Positions 13,265 through 23,370 of a stretch of 24,000 nt of DNA are shown here, in pieces. The DNA lies in NCBI GenBank assembly GCA_900079695.1, contig LT599022.1, positions 142,222 to 166,221 on the forward strand, read 5' to 3'. The notes under the pieces were generated by a model. That model did no database searches. It saw only the letters and a list, made by a program, of their open reading frames with translations, and was not told the DNA's origin. This DNA comes from an uncultured Alphaproteobacteria bacterium (GTDB taxonomy: Bacteria; Pseudomonadota; Alphaproteobacteria; Rhodospirillales; Rhodospirillaceae). The position numbers and the translations under genes are program-made. Positions within the stretch are counted from its first letter, which is position 1. Each line of letters opens with the position of its first letter.

Positions 13265-14104
13265 CTATTTTCCGCTCAGGGCTTCGAGGCCCGACTTCAG
13301 CGCCAGGGTGAGGAGGGCCATCGCCGCCAACAGCGACGCCACCGCGAACGCGGCGACGAAGTTGTATTCGTTATAGAGGATTTCGATGTGCAGAGGCATG
13401 GTGTTGGTCAGTCCGCGCAGGTGGCCGGAGACCACCGACACCGCGCCGAATTCCCCCATCGCCCGCGCGTTGCACAGCAGCACGCCGTAGAGAGCCGCCC
13501 ATTTGACGTTGGGCAGGGTGACGCGGAAGAAGATCTGCCAGCCCGACGCGCCGAGGGTGCGCGCCACCTCCTCGTCGCCGCGGCCGAGCATCTCCATCGT
13601 CGGGATCAGTTCGCGCGCGACGAACGGCAGGGTCACGAACACCGTGGCGAGCACGATCCCCGGCACCGCGAAGATCACCTCGACGCCGTGGGCGGTGAGC
13701 CACGGACCGAGGAGACCGTGCGCGCCGAACAGCAGCACGTAGATCAGCCCGGCGATCACCGGCGATACCGAGAACGGCAGGTCGATGAGGGTGACGAGCA
13801 CGCTCTTGCCGGGGAAGTCGAACTTGGTCACCGCCCACGCGGCGGCGATGCCGAAAACGAGGTTGGCCGCTACCGAGACGGCGGCTACCAGCAGGGTGAG
13901 GCGGATCGCCGCCAATGCGTCGGGATCGGCGAGGCCTTCGGCGAACGCCGTCCAGCCCTTGGCGAACGCCTCGGCGAACACCACGCCCAGCGGCAGCACC
14001 AGAAACAGTAGAACCACGGCGAGGGCGAAGGCGAGCAGAACGCGGCGGATCGCCGGAGCTTCGGCGACCCGCGGCGCGCGGCGCGGCCGGAGCAGAGCGG
14101 TCAT
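13265..14104 (-). CDS. cysW: Sulfate ABC transporter permease CysW
   Basis: This is the C-terminal 279 aa of the 901-aa track ORF. The ATG at 14104 overlaps the cysT stop (ATGA). It has typical CysW TM segments and the EAA-like loop [21 protein letters not shown]. Confidence 0.9.
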   Translation of the reverse strand: MTALLRPRRAPRVAEAPAIRRVLLAFALAVVLLFLVLPLGVVFAEAFAKGWTAFAEGLADPDALAAIRLTLLVAAVSVAANLVFGIAAAWAVTKFDFPGKSVLVTLIDLPFSVSPVIAGLIYVLLFGAHGLLGPWLTAHGVEVIFAVPGIVLATVFVTLPFVARELIPTMEMLGRGDEEVARTLGASGWQIFFRVTLPNVKWAALYGVLLCNARAMGEFGAVSVVSGHLRGLTNTMPLHIEILYNEYNFVAAFAVASLLAAMALLTLALKSGLEALSGK

Positions 14105-14928
14105 GTGCCGATTCTCCGGCGGTTCCATGCCTGCAGCAGGTTGAGCGCGAGCAGCAGGAGGAAGGCGATCGCCAGCATCGCGAGGGCGATCACCGCCGCG
14201 GCCGCGTCGTCGTGTTCCTCCAGGCGGATCGCGATCAGCAGCGGCGCGATCTCCGAGGCCATCGGCAGGTTGCCGGCGATGAAGATCACCGAGCCGTATT
14301 CGCCGATGCCGCGGGCGAGCGCCATCGCGAATCCGGCGAGCACCGCGGGCGCGATCAGCGGCAGGACGACGCGGCGGAAACTCTGCCCCCAGCGCGCGCC
14401 GAGGGATGCGGCGGCTTCCTCGACCTCGGCGTCGAGGGCCTCGAGCACCGGTTCGACGGCGCGCACCACGAACGGCAGGCCGACGAACACCAGCGCGACG
14501 ACGATGCCGAGCGGCGTGTACGCGACCTTGACCCCGAGCGGCGCGAGCAGCCGCCCGAGCCAGCCGTTCGGCGCGTAGAGGGCGGCGAGGGAGATTCCCG
14601 CCACCGCGGTGGGGAGCGCGAAGGGGAGATCGATCAGCGCATCCAGCAGCCGCCGCCCGGGAAAGTCGTAGCGCACCAGAACCCAGGCGAGCAGAGTGCC
14701 GAGCGCGGCGTTCGCCGCCGCCGCCGCGAGCGCCGCGCCGAGGCTGAGGCCGAGGGCGTGGAGGGTGCGCGGGTCGCCGACGATCGCCCAGGCGCGCGCG
14801 GCCGAAAGCCCGAGGGCGGTCGCCGGGATCATCGCCAGCGGCAGCAGTACCACCAGCGACAGATAGGCGAGCGTGACCCCGAGGGTCAGGCCGAAACCGG
14901 GTATCACCTTGGGCGATCGGGAGACCAT
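14101..14928 (-). CDS. cysT: Sulfate ABC transporter permease CysT (CysU)
   Basis: 275 aa. PGFGLTLGVTLAYLSLVVLLPL... and the EAA loop EEAAASLGARWGQSFRRVVLP are CysT-like. Confidence 0.9.
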   Translation of the reverse strand: MVSRSPKVIPGFGLTLGVTLAYLSLVVLLPLAMIPATALGLSAARAWAIVGDPRTLHALGLSLGAALAAAAANAALGTLLAWVLVRYDFPGRRLLDALIDLPFALPTAVAGISLAALYAPNGWLGRLLAPLGVKVAYTPLGIVVALVFVGLPFVVRAVEPVLEALDAEVEEAAASLGARWGQSFRRVVLPLIAPAVLAGFAMALARGIGEYGSVIFIAGNLPMASEIAPLLIAIRLEEHDDAAAAVIALAMLAIAFLLLLALNLLQAWNRRRIGT

Positions 14929-14931
14929 GCG

Positions 14932-15936
14932 TCAGCGCCTGCCGAAAACCTGATCGAAGACGCCGCCGTCGTCGAAGAACCGCTTCTGCGCCGTGCGCCA
15001 GTCGCCGAAACGGTCCTTGAGGGCGATCCGGCGAATCTCGGGGAAGCGCGCGAGGTCTTCCGGCGCGGCGAATTCCGGTCGAACCGGCCGGTAGAAGTGC
15101 TTCGCCGCGAGGCGCTGGCCCTCGGGCGCGTAGAGGAACGCGAGATACGCCTCCGCCGCCTTGCGGGTGCCGTGCTTGTCGGCGTTGGCGTCGACCAGCG
15201 CCACCGGCGGCTGCGCGAGGATGCTCATCGACGGCGCGACGATTTCGAAGTCGTTCCGCCCCAGTTCCTCGCGCGCGAGATGGGCTTCGTTCTCCCACGC
15301 CAGCAGCACGTCGCCGATGCCGCGCTTGGCGAAGGTGGTGGTGGCGCCGCGCGCGCCGGTATCGAGCACCGGCACGTTGCGGAACAGCGCGGCCATGTAG
15401 TCGCGCACCTTGGCGTCGTCGCGGTCGAAGGCGTCCTCCGCCCACGCCCACGCGGCGAGGAAGTTCCAGCGCGCGCCGCCCGAGGTCTTGGGGTTGGGGG
15501 TGATCACGCCGATCCCCGGTTTCGCGAGGTCGCCCCAGTCCTTGATCCCCTTCGGGTTGCCCTTGCGCACCAGGAACACCACGGTCGAGGTGTAGGGGGC
15601 GCTGTCGTTGGGCAGGCGGGTCTGCCAGTCCGGGGGCAGCGCCTTGCGGACGTCGGCGATGACGTCGACGTCGTAGGCGAGCGCGAGGGTGACGACGTCG
15701 GCCTCCAATCCGTCGATCACCGCGCGCGCCTGACGGCCGGAACCGCCGTGCGACATCCGCACCTGCACCGTCTCGCCGGTCTCGGCCTTCCACGCCTTGG
15801 CGAAGGCGGCGTTGACCTCGCGATAGAACTCGCGGGTGGGATCGTAGGAGACGTTGAGCAACGTCGTTTCGGCATGCGCCGCGGACCACGGCAGCGCGAA
15901 CAGAGCGACGGCGAACCAGATGCGCACGAGCTTCAT
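14932..15936 (-). CDS. sbp: Periplasmic sulfate/thiosulfate-binding protein
   Basis: ATG at 15936 with GGAGGGAGG upstream. The signal peptide is MKLVRIWFAVALFALPWSAAHA. TLLNVSYDPTREFYREVNAAF...HGGSGRQARAVIDGLEADVVTLALAYD is the Sbp/CysP pattern. Confidence 0.9.
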   Translation of the reverse strand: MKLVRIWFAVALFALPWSAAHAETTLLNVSYDPTREFYREVNAAFAKAWKAETGETVQVRMSHGGSGRQARAVIDGLEADVVTLALAYDVDVIADVRKALPPDWQTRLPNDSAPYTSTVVFLVRKGNPKGIKDWGDLAKPGIGVITPNPKTSGGARWNFLAAWAWAEDAFDRDDAKVRDYMAALFRNVPVLDTGARGATTTFAKRGIGDVLLAWENEAHLAREELGRNDFEIVAPSMSILAQPPVALVDANADKHGTRKAAEAYLAFLYAPEGQRLAAKHFYRPVRPEFAAPEDLARFPEIRRIALKDRFGDWRTAQKRFFDDGGVFDQVFGRR

Positions 15937-15978
15937 GGCCAAACCTCCCTCCCAAGGACGACGGCCGCACCTCGAACC

Positions 15979-16010
15979 GAACCGCAACGCACGAAGCCGG
16001 GTTGCGGTTC
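15979..16010 (-). other. GC-rich stem-loop (10-bp perfect stem, 12-nt loop) between the protease gene and sbp
   Basis: gaaccgcaac (15979-15988) pairs with gttgcggttc (16001-16010). It lies immediately downstream of the protease stop (16012-16014). No clear U-tract follows on the minus strand, so a terminator role is uncertain. Confidence 0.4.
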
Positions 16011-16011
16011 C

Positions 16012-16926
16012 CTAACGGCAGGGCGCGGCGGATACGGTGGGCCGCACGCCCCGTTCGGCGAGGAATCGCAACACGTCCTCGGCGGCGATGGCGTAGCCGG
16101 CATGGCTCGCCTGGTCGACCGAGACGCGGATGAAGGTGTTGATGCCGACCACGCGGCCGCAGGAATCCACCAGCGGTCCGCCGCTGTTGCCCGCCGAGAT
16201 CGCCGCCGAATGGGCGATGGTGGGCAGGCTGCTGCCGCGGTTCTGCACCGCCATGATGCTGCCCTGCGAGAGGATCAGGTCGGGCAGCCCGGTGGGGGTG
16301 CCGCGCAGCAGGCGCTGGAAGTGGATGTCGTTGTCGAGCAGCAGGCCGGGGAAGCCCGCGGCGATCACCGGTTCGAGTTCGGTCGCCTGCGCGGCGATCG
16401 GCAGCGTCGCCTTGGCCTTGGCTCCGGTGACGCGGAGGATTGCGTAGTCGCGCGCCTGAAGGCCGCCCTTGCCCGCCTCGACCGCCACTACCTGCGCCAT
16501 TTCCGCGCCGCCGACGCCGGGGCCGATCAGCGCGATCTTGCCGTTCGCGCCTTCGATCACGTGGGCGTTGGTGATGAGGGTGTCGGGAGTGACGAAAAAG
16601 CCGCTGCCGCTCGCCTCCGGGGTCAGCACCAGCACCACCGCCTGCTTCAGCCGCGCCACCAGTTGGTCGCGCGGCAGGGCCGCGTCGGCGGGCAGGGCCG
16701 CGCGTGCGGCGGCGGCGGTGGGCTTTTCCACGGCGGGTGCGGCGGAAGATTCGCCCGGCAGGCCCGCCTCCAACACCGCGCGTGCGGCGCGCGGATCGAG
16801 GCAGACGTCGCCCGCCAGCGTGGTTTCGAGCGCGTCGAGTCGGGCTTCGAGCTGCGCGCGGGTCGGTTCGGCGGCGGAAGCGGCGAAGGAAACCAGGCAG
16901 CAGGCGGCGACGATCAGGCGTTTCAT
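16012..16926 (-). CDS. Secreted trypsin-like (S1 family, DegP-like, no PDZ) serine protease
   Basis: The signal peptide is MKRLIVAACCLVSFAASA. The catalytic triad context is TNAHV (His), RDYAIL (Asp) and GNSGGPL (Ser). Confidence 0.8.
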   Translation of the reverse strand: MKRLIVAACCLVSFAASAAEPTRAQLEARLDALETTLAGDVCLDPRAARAVLEAGLPGESSAAPAVEKPTAAAARAALPADAALPRDQLVARLKQAVVLVLTPEASGSGFFVTPDTLITNAHVIEGANGKIALIGPGVGGAEMAQVVAVEAGKGGLQARDYAILRVTGAKAKATLPIAAQATELEPVIAAGFPGLLLDNDIHFQRLLRGTPTGLPDLILSQGSIMAVQNRGSSLPTIAHSAAISAGNSGGPLVDSCGRVVGINTFIRVSVDQASHAGYAIAAEDVLRFLAERGVRPTVSAAPCR

Positions 16927-16981
16927 TCCGGCGTATCCTCGGGGACGACGCGGGAATGATAACCCGGCGCGGCGGCGGCGG

Positions 16982-17419
16982 CTAGTTCACCATGACCGCG
17001 GTCTCGCGCACCTCGCGGAAGATCTCCGAGAGCGGCACGATCCGCGCCGCCATGCTGCGCGCAAGCTCCGCCACGTCGGCGGGGACGCCGAGCGCGTCGA
17101 GGGTTTCCGACGGGGCGTAGACGGTCAGGCCGAGTTCCCGCGCGATTTCCGCCGAGACCACCAGCGCCTTGGCCGAGAGCGCGCCGGTCAGCACGATCGG
17201 GCCGCCGGCGTCGCGGGAATCCTCGGGGCGGGCCGCCGGAACCGGCCACGCGCCCTCGGGCGCGGCGTCGCCGAAACGCGTCACCGGCCAGCCGTGGGCG
17301 CGCCAGTGGGCGAGCAGGGTGGCGGCGTGGTCCATCGCCGCGGTCGAGGGCAACGGCGGCGGCGGACCGTCCGCGCGGTCGCGCGCGGGGGTCAGCATCA
17401 GGAGGGTGGGTTTGCTCAT
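16982..17419 (-). CDS. Hypothetical protein (146 aa)
   Basis: ATG at 17419 with GGAG 8 nt upstream, in the same frame as the long 394-aa track ORF. Codon usage looks consistent with its neighbours. There is a faint resemblance to the cysteine-hydrolase/isochorismatase C-terminal half (IVLTGALSAKALVVSAEIARELGLTVY). No firm family assignment. Confidence 0.45.
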   Translation of the reverse strand: MSKPTLLMLTPARDRADGPPPPLPSTAAMDHAATLLAHWRAHGWPVTRFGDAAPEGAWPVPAARPEDSRDAGGPIVLTGALSAKALVVSAEIARELGLTVYAPSETLDALGVPADVAELARSMAARIVPLSEIFREVRETAVMVN

Positions 17420-17459
17420 GGCGCGTCTCCGGAGGTTTGCTCCGGTGATACGCGCCATG

Positions 17460-17487
17460 TCCGCGCAGACTGGCGCGGAAATTTTCC
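17460..17487. other. Stem-loop tccgcgc-agactg-gcgcgga followed by AATTTTCC, just downstream of the GH4 stop
   Basis: 7-bp perfect stem (17460-17466 / 17473-17479). The T-run is on the plus strand only, so its role for the minus-strand genes is unclear. Confidence 0.3.
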
Positions 17488-17490
17488 GAA

Positions 17491-18774
17491 TCAGATGCAG
17501 GGACGGATGTAGGGTGCGTTGATCTCCCAGAGTTCGTCGAGGATCGCCCTGGCGGCGTCGGTGGAGTTGACCACCGGATCGAGCAGCAGCGCCTGCATCG
17601 CCAGCTCCTTCGATCCGTGCACCGCCGCCTCCACCGCGATCTGCTGCACGCTCGCCTGCTGCAGCAGCAGCTTGGCGCAGGTGTCGGGCAACGGCCCCTG
17701 GCTTACCGGATGGATGCCCGCGGCATCGGCGGCGAACGGCACCTCGACCGCGAGGTCGGCGGGAAGGTTGGGAATCACGCCCCGGTTGTAGACCACGCCG
17801 GATTCGATCACCCGCGGACGGTTGTGAAGAATCGCGCCGATCGTCTGCACCGCGCGCTCGCCCCAGGAGTGGGCGAGCCACTCGTCCGGCACCGGCAGGC
17901 GCTTCGCGATCACCGCTTCGATGCGTTGCCGGAAGTCTTCGCGCCCCTTGTCGTCGCCGTCGAAGTCGAAGCCGTGCTCGCCCCCCTCCCAGCCGTAGGC
18001 GAGGTACTCGCCGGTATGGTCGTCGGAGCAGGTGGGCCACAGGCCGAAGGTGCGGAACAGGGTGCGCACCAGCGGCGTGAACGCCGGGTCGTGGGCCGCC
18101 TCGGCGGCGCGCAGGGCGGGATAGAGATCGGCGCCGGTGGCGCGGTCGCGGATCGCCGTGACCCATTGGAAATGGTTCAGACCGGCGGCGCGGAGTTCGG
18201 TTTCCGGCTCCGGGCGGCCGAGAATCTGGCAGATGAACCAGCGTGCCAGAAAAATTCCGTGGCAGAGGCCGAGCGCCTTGACCCGGGTGTACTTCGAGAG
18301 CCCGAGGACGAGGCGGCTCTCGGGGTTGGAGAGGTTGATGAACAGCGCGTCGGGGCAGATCTCTTCGACGTCGCGGGCGAAGTCGAACACCAGCGGCATG
18401 GTGCGGAGGGTGAAGAACAGTCCGCCCGGGCCGCCGTTCTCGCCCAGGGTCTGACGGATGCCGTGCTTCTTCGGCACTTCGAAGTCGTGCCGCCAGAGGA
18501 CGTTGCGGCGGATCGCCGCGGAGTTGACGACGAAGTCCGCGCCGTCGAGCGCGGCGCGGCGGTCGGCGGTGCGCTCGACCGCGATCTTCACCCCCGCCGT
18601 GGCGAACAGAACCTCGGCGAGGTCGGCCATGCGGTCGAGGGCGGCCGGGTCGGTATCGACCATCGTCAGGGTGCAGCCGTCGAAGTCGCGCTCGGCGACG
18701 AGATCCTGCAGCAGACTGACGGTGAATGCCGCACCGCCCGCGCCGATGAGGACGATCTTTCCGGTATTGGCCAT
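17491..18774 (-). CDS. Glycoside hydrolase family 4 enzyme (NAD+/Mn2+-dependent alpha-glucosidase / alpha-galactosidase-like)
   Basis: The N-terminal Rossmann segment is [20 protein letters not shown]. Other GH4 blocks are FINLSNPES and the conserved ALGLCHG (Cys-His). At 427 aa, the length fits GH4. Confidence 0.85.
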   Translation of the reverse strand: MANTGKIVLIGAGGAAFTVSLLQDLVAERDFDGCTLTMVDTDPAALDRMADLAEVLFATAGVKIAVERTADRRAALDGADFVVNSAAIRRNVLWRHDFEVPKKHGIRQTLGENGGPGGLFFTLRTMPLVFDFARDVEEICPDALFINLSNPESRLVLGLSKYTRVKALGLCHGIFLARWFICQILGRPEPETELRAAGLNHFQWVTAIRDRATGADLYPALRAAEAAHDPAFTPLVRTLFRTFGLWPTCSDDHTGEYLAYGWEGGEHGFDFDGDDKGREDFRQRIEAVIAKRLPVPDEWLAHSWGERAVQTIGAILHNRPRVIESGVVYNRGVIPNLPADLAVEVPFAADAAGIHPVSQGPLPDTCAKLLLQQASVQQIAVEAAVHGSKELAMQALLLDPVVNSTDAARAILDELWEINAPYIRPCI

Positions 18775-18827
18775 TCGCGCCTCCCGATTATGTCTTTTAT
18801 CCGAACATCATACCGGCAAATGCGGGT

Positions 18828-18852
18828 GGCCGCAGCAGCGGCCTTGCGTTTT
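18828..18852 (+). other. Short terminator-like hairpin in the 5' leader of the ZIP transporter gene
   Basis: ggccgc-agca-gcggcc (18828-18843) is followed by ttgcgtttt. It lies ~55 nt upstream of the ATG at 18905. The stem is only 6 bp. Confidence 0.3.
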
Positions 18853-18904
18853 CGCACGCCGCGCCGGAGACTCATCCCACGCTACCGCGAAACAGGGGGA
18901 CCCG

Positions 18905-19846
18905 ATGCCTTCGACCGCCGCTACCCGCACCTCGTTCGCCGTCGCCTGGCTTGGCGCGGCCCGCCGTCAGGCGCGCCACCGCCCGCTCGTCGCCGTCGGG
19001 CTCGGGGTTTCGGCGCTCGCGGTGCTGGCGCTTCTGGTGCAGAGCCTCGCGCAGGTTGCGGGTGGGGAGTTGCAGCGGCCGACCCTCTATGCGCTGTACG
19101 GCGGGCTCTCCGCCGCCGCCGCCACCGCCGCGGGGGCGCTGCCGGTGCTGGTGATGCGCGGCATGCCGCAGAAGGTCGAGGACACCATGCTCGGCTTCGC
19201 CGCCGGGATGATGCTCGCCGCGACCGCGTTCTCGCTGATCCTGCCGGGGCTCGACGCCGCCAAGGCACAGGTGGGGAGCGAACTCGGCGCCGCCGGGGTG
19301 GTGGTTCTGGGAATGGCGCTCGGGGTGCTGCTGATGCTCGGGCTCGAACAGTTCACGCCCCACGAGCACGAGGTGATCGGGCCGATCGGGCCGGGATACG
19401 AGCGTCTCGGTCGGGTGTGGCTGTTCGTGTTCGCGATCGTGCTGCACAACCTTCCGGAGGGCATGGCGATCGGCGTCGGCTTCTCCAATTCCGACATGGC
19501 GGTGGGAATCCCGCTCACCACCGCGATCGCGATTCAGGACTTTCCCGAAGGGCTGGCGGTGGCGCTGGCGATGCGCACCGCCGGGTTTTCGGTCTGGACG
19601 GCGACCGCCGCGGGCATCGGCAGCGGTCTGGTCGAGCCGATCGGCGCGCTTCTCGGCGTCGGCCTCGCGGGTGGCTTCGCGATCGCCTATCCGGTCGGCC
19701 TCGGCCTTGCCGCCGGAGCGATGCTGTTCGTGGTCTCCCACGAGGTGATTCCCGAGACCCACCGCAACGGTCATCAGACTCCCGCCACCATCGGCCTGAT
19801 GGGCGGCTTCATGCTGATGATGGTGCTCGATACGGTTCTCGGCTGA
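18905..19846 (+). CDS. ZIP-family divalent metal (zinc) permease, GufA/ZupT-like
   Basis: ATG at 18905 after GGGGGA. It has multiple TM segments and the signature metal-binding helices [10 protein letters not shown] and [11 protein letters not shown], plus HEVIPETH. Confidence 0.85.
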   Translation: MPSTAATRTSFAVAWLGAARRQARHRPLVAVGLGVSALAVLALLVQSLAQVAGGELQRPTLYALYGGLSAAAATAAGALPVLVMRGMPQKVEDTMLGFAAGMMLAATAFSLILPGLDAAKAQVGSELGAAGVVVLGMALGVLLMLGLEQFTPHEHEVIGPIGPGYERLGRVWLFVFAIVLHNLPEGMAIGVGFSNSDMAVGIPLTTAIAIQDFPEGLAVALAMRTAGFSVWTATAAGIGSGLVEPIGALLGVGLAGGFAIAYPVGLGLAAGAMLFVVSHEVIPETHRNGHQTPATIGLMGGFMLMMVLDTVLG

Positions 19847-19921
19847 GGGCTTCGGCGGGGGAGTGGACGCGGTCCGCCGGATGGCGTACCAAGGCGGCAT
19901 TCCCGCAATCCGGAGGACCCG

Positions 19922-20203
19922 ATGTTCAAGGTCAATACCTACTTCGACGGCAAGGTGGTGTCGCTCGGCTTTCGGGGCGAGGCGCTGCCCGCCACGGTCG
20001 GCGTGATGGCGCCGGGCGAGTACGAGTTCGGCACCTCGCAGCACGAGACGATGACGGTGGTGAGCGGCGCGATGACGGTGAAGCTGCCGGGCGCCGACGA
20101 CTGGCGCACCTTCGCCGCCGGAGAGCGCTTCGAGGTTGCCGCGGGGATGACCTTCCAGCTTCGCGTCGCCGCCGACGCCGCATACCTCTGTACCTACGCC
20201 TGA
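19922..20203 (+). CDS. ppnP: Pyrimidine/purine nucleoside phosphorylase PpnP (DUF1255/YaiE family)
   Basis: 93 aa. [17 protein letters not shown]...[18 protein letters not shown] closely follows the YaiE/PpnP cupin pattern. Confidence 0.85.
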   Translation: MFKVNTYFDGKVVSLGFRGEALPATVGVMAPGEYEFGTSQHETMTVVSGAMTVKLPGADDWRTFAAGERFEVAAGMTFQLRVAADAAYLCTYA

Positions 20204-20279
20204 CCCTTTGCGCCGCGCCGCGGCAACGCCTATATCGGCGGAGACGATCCCGCCGCAGACAGATCCGGAAACCCGACCG

Positions 20280-20639
20280 ATGCGCCTCCTCGCCGTTTTC
20301 GCCTTCGCCGCCGCCCTCGCGGGCGTTCCCGCCGTCGCCGGGGCGGCGACCCCGACCCCCGCGCAGTGCGACGCCAACTACGCCGCCTGCGACGCCAAGT
20401 GCAAGGCGGAGGATCCGAAGCACGGCTTCTCCTACGCCACCTGCTCGGCCGGTTGCGTGGCGAAGAAGGGCGCGTGCGACAGCGAGATCATCTACGACAA
20501 GTCCGCCGACTGGACCAAGAAGCAGTACGACGCCGCCAAGCCGTGGGTGGAGGAAAAGCTCGACAACGCCCCCGCCAACACCGAGTACACCTATCCCAAC
20601 CAGAACCGCGACGGGTCCGGGTCGACGCCGAAGAAATAG
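20280..20639 (+). CDS. Small secreted cysteine-rich protein, unknown function
   Basis: ATG at 20280. The signal peptide is [22 protein letters not shown]. There are six Cys in two C-x7-C-x3-C / C-x3-C-x6-C-like clusters. No family recognised. Confidence 0.55.
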   Translation: MRLLAVFAFAAALAGVPAVAGAATPTPAQCDANYAACDAKCKAEDPKHGFSYATCSAGCVAKKGACDSEIIYDKSADWTKKQYDAAKPWVEEKLDNAPANTEYTYPNQNRDGSGSTPKK

Positions 20640-20775
20640 GCTCCGGCGTCGGGCTTCGGGCGCGCCGGGGCCGCGGAAACTACGGGTTTCCAAGATTTGC
20701 GAATGCGCGTATATGGGATGGTCCGCCTCGACTGAAGCCATAGCCGCGGGCGGACCAACGCCCGAGGGAGATGAC

Positions 20776-22170
20776 ATGGCCGAGACTTCCGACTGGACCC
20801 CCGAAACCTGGCGCGCCCGACCGGTCGTGCAGATGCCCGATTACCCCGACGCCGAGGCCCTCGCAGGGGTCGAGACCCGGCTGCGCGGCTATCCGCCGCT
20901 GGTGTTCGCGGGCGAGGCGCGCAGCCTCAAGGCGTCGCTGGCGCAGGTGTCCGAGGGGCACGGCTTTCTCCTCCAGGGCGGCGATTGCGCCGAGAGCTTC
21001 GCCGACTTCCACCCCAACACCATCCGCGATACCTTCCGCATCCTTCTGCAGATGGCGGTGGTGCTGACCTTCGGCGGATCGCTGCCGGTGGTGAAGGTGG
21101 GGCGGATGGCGGGCCAGTTCGCCAAGCCGCGCTCGTCCAACACCGAGATCATCGACGGCGTCGAATATCCGTCCTACCGCGGCGACATGATCAACGGTCC
21201 GGACGTCTCGATGGCGGCGCGGGTGCCCGATCCGGACCGCTTGGTGCAGGCCTACAATCAGGCGGCGGCGACCCTCAACCTGTTGCGCGCGTTCTCGCAG
21301 GGCGGTTACGCCAACCTGCGCGCGGTGCACCAGTGGAACCTCGATTTCCTCGCCGACACGCCGCAGGCGCACCGCTACCACGACCTCGCCAACCGCATCG
21401 ACGAGGCGATGAGCTTCATGGCGGCGTGCGGCGTTACTCCCGATCTCGTCACGCAGATGCGCGAGACCGACTTCTACACCTCGCACGAGGCGCTGCACCT
21501 GACCTACGAGCAGGCGCTCACCCGCGTCGATTCCACCACCGGCGACTGGTACGACTGTTCCGCCCACATGCTGTGGATCGGCGACCGCACCCGCCAGGTC
21601 GACGGCGCGCACGTCGAATTCCTGCGCGGCGTCGGCAATCCGCTGGGCCTCAAGGCGGGGCCGAGCATGAGCGTCGACGACCTGCTGCGCCTGTGCGACA
21701 TCCTCAACCCGAACAACGAGCCCGGCCGCCTCACCATCATCGCCCGCATGGGGGCGGAGACGGTGGAGGCGAAGCTGCCGCCGCTGGTGCGCGCGCTCAA
21801 GGCCGAGGGACGCAAGGTGGTGTGGTCGTGCGATCCGATGCACGGCAACACCGAGAAGGTTTCGAGCGGCCTCAAGACCCGCGACTTCGAGCGTATCCTC
21901 GCCGAGGTGCGCGGATTCTTCGCCGTGCATGCGGCCGAGGGCACGCATGCGGGCGGGGTGCATTTCGAGCTCACCGGCAAGAACGTCACCGAGTGCATCG
22001 GCGGCGCCAGCGCGGTCACCGAGGAAACCCTCGGCGAGCGCTACGAAACCGCCTGCGATCCGCGCCTCAACGCCGACCAGTCGCTCGAACTCGCGTTCCT
22101 GATCGCCGGGCATCTCAAGGCCGAACGCGACAAGAAACGCGCCGCGCAGCATCCGCGCACGGCAGTCTGA
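20776..22170 (+). CDS. 3-deoxy-7-phosphoheptulonate (DAHP) synthase, class II
   Basis: ATG at 20776 after GAGGGAG. 464 aa. [49 protein letters not shown] and CDPMHGNT are class II (plant/actinobacterial-type) DAHPS blocks. Only this C-terminal third of the 1517-aa track ORF is real. Confidence 0.92.
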   Translation: MAETSDWTPETWRARPVVQMPDYPDAEALAGVETRLRGYPPLVFAGEARSLKASLAQVSEGHGFLLQGGDCAESFADFHPNTIRDTFRILLQMAVVLTFGGSLPVVKVGRMAGQFAKPRSSNTEIIDGVEYPSYRGDMINGPDVSMAARVPDPDRLVQAYNQAAATLNLLRAFSQGGYANLRAVHQWNLDFLADTPQAHRYHDLANRIDEAMSFMAACGVTPDLVTQMRETDFYTSHEALHLTYEQALTRVDSTTGDWYDCSAHMLWIGDRTRQVDGAHVEFLRGVGNPLGLKAGPSMSVDDLLRLCDILNPNNEPGRLTIIARMGAETVEAKLPPLVRALKAEGRKVVWSCDPMHGNTEKVSSGLKTRDFERILAEVRGFFAVHAAEGTHAGGVHFELTGKNVTECIGGASAVTEETLGERYETACDPRLNADQSLELAFLIAGHLKAERDKKRAAQHPRTAV

Positions 22171-22188
22171 ACAGAGAGGGTGGTTCCG

Positions 22189-23370
22189 ATGGTGGCTGAT
22201 CGTCCGGTCGCCGACGACGCGTGCGCCGCTGTGGCGCACCCCGCCGCCGACGAGATCGCGCGTTATACCGACAAATACTTCACCCGCACCCGGATGATCG
22301 TCGAACGCTACGGCGACGCCGAGGTCACCTACGCGGTGTTCATGCGCCGGCCGGTGCTCCACACCGCCCGCCTCGCGCTCGAATGGCTGCGGCGGGTGAT
22401 GGCGGAGAAGGGGGCGGAACTGACCGTCGAGGAGCGGTTCGGCGAGGGCGAGTGGGTCGGCGCGGGCGAGCCGATGCTCTACCTCACCGGCTCGTTCGTC
22501 GCCCTCTCCGAGCTCGAAACCCTGTTCCTGCAGAAGCTCGGCGCGTGCTGCGTCGCAAGCTTCGCGGCCTATCAGATGGCGAGCGAACTGCCGAAGACCG
22601 CGTTCCTCGCGATGGACGCGCGCCATTGCGCCGGCACCGAGATGGCGGAGCTGATGGCCTACGCCGCCGCGGTGGGGTCGAAGGCGGCGCAGCGCGAGTT
22701 CGGCGCGGTCGGCTTCGTCGGCAACGCCACCGACGCCACCGCCCACTTCTTCGGCCAGGCCGAGGGCCTCGGCACGATGCCGCATGCGCTGATCGGCTAT
22801 GCGGGCTCGACCGTGCGCGCCGCCGAGATGTTCCACGCGGTGTTTCCCGAGGTGCCGCTCTACGTGCTGGTGGACTACTTCGGCCACGAGATCACCGACA
22901 CCCTCGCGGTGTGCGAGCGCTTCCCCGCTCTCGCCCGCGCGGGCAACCTCGGCGTTCGCCTCGATACCCACGGTGGCCGTTTCGTCGAGGGGCTGGATAC
23001 GCCGAAGTCCTACGCGGTGATCGACAAGCATGCGCCGGCGGCGCTGCGTGGCTACCGCTCCGATGACGAACTCAAGCATCTGATCGGCACCGGGGTATCC
23101 GCCGCGGCGCTGTGGCACGTCCGCGAGGCGCTCGACACCCACGGCTTCTCCAAGGTCAAGATCATCGCGTCGAGCGGCTTTTCCGGGAAGAAGTGCAGCG
23201 TGATGGCGCTCGCCCGCGCGCCGATCGACATCATCGGCACCGGCTCGTTCCTCCCCGATCTCTGGAGCGAGACCTACGCCACCGCCGACATCGTCGCCTA
23301 CGACGGCAGGCCCAAGGTCAAGGTCGGCCGCGAGTTCCTGCTGCGCCCGGAGCGCAAGCCGGGGGCGTGA
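22189..23370 (+). CDS. Nicotinate phosphoribosyltransferase-family (type II PRTase) protein
   Basis: ATG at 22189, 8 nt after AGAGAGGG; the track start at 22180 is a GTG. YTDKYFTRT..., GTMPHALI, VLVDYF, RLDTHG and the C-terminal IGTGS blocks are typical of the short NAPRTase/QPRTase-like family. Confidence 0.75.
   Translation: MVADRPVADDACAAVAHPAADEIARYTDKYFTRTRMIVERYGDAEVTYAVFMRRPVLHTARLALEWLRRVMAEKGAELTVEERFGEGEWVGAGEPMLYLTGSFVALSELETLFLQKLGACCVASFAAYQMASELPKTAFLAMDARHCAGTEMAELMAYAAAVGSKAAQREFGAVGFVGNATDATAHFFGQAEGLGTMPHALIGYAGSTVRAAEMFHAVFPEVPLYVLVDYFGHEITDTLAVCERFPALARAGNLGVRLDTHGGRFVEGLDTPKSYAVIDKHAPAALRGYRSDDELKHLIGTGVSAAALWHVREALDTHGFSKVKIIASSGFSGKKCSVMALARAPIDIIGTGSFLPDLWSETYATADIVAYDGRPKVKVGREFLLRPERKPGA

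Noticed and set aside
10977-14011. ORFs 10977..12083(-), 11216..12145(+), 12061..13311(+) and 13031..14011(+)
   Set aside because: These are shadow frames over the lipoprotein genes and cysA/cysW. The annotated frames have signal peptides or ABC motifs, and these do not.
14105-15970. Upstream part of the 901-aa minus-strand ORF 13265..15970
   Set aside because: Only the last 279 aa (from the ATG at 14104) are CysW. The rest runs out of frame across cysT and sbp, which have their own well-supported frames.
13915-16959. 1014-aa plus-strand ORF
   Set aside because: It is antisense to cysW, cysT, sbp and the protease. Its Arg/Gly/Asp/Glu-rich repetitive translation has no domain signature.
17617-20775. 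First ~1050 codons of the 1517-aa ORF 17617..22170
   Set aside because: It reads antisense through the GH4 gene and out of frame through the ZIP, ppnP and Cys-rich genes. Only the segment from the ATG at 20776 is DAHP synthase.
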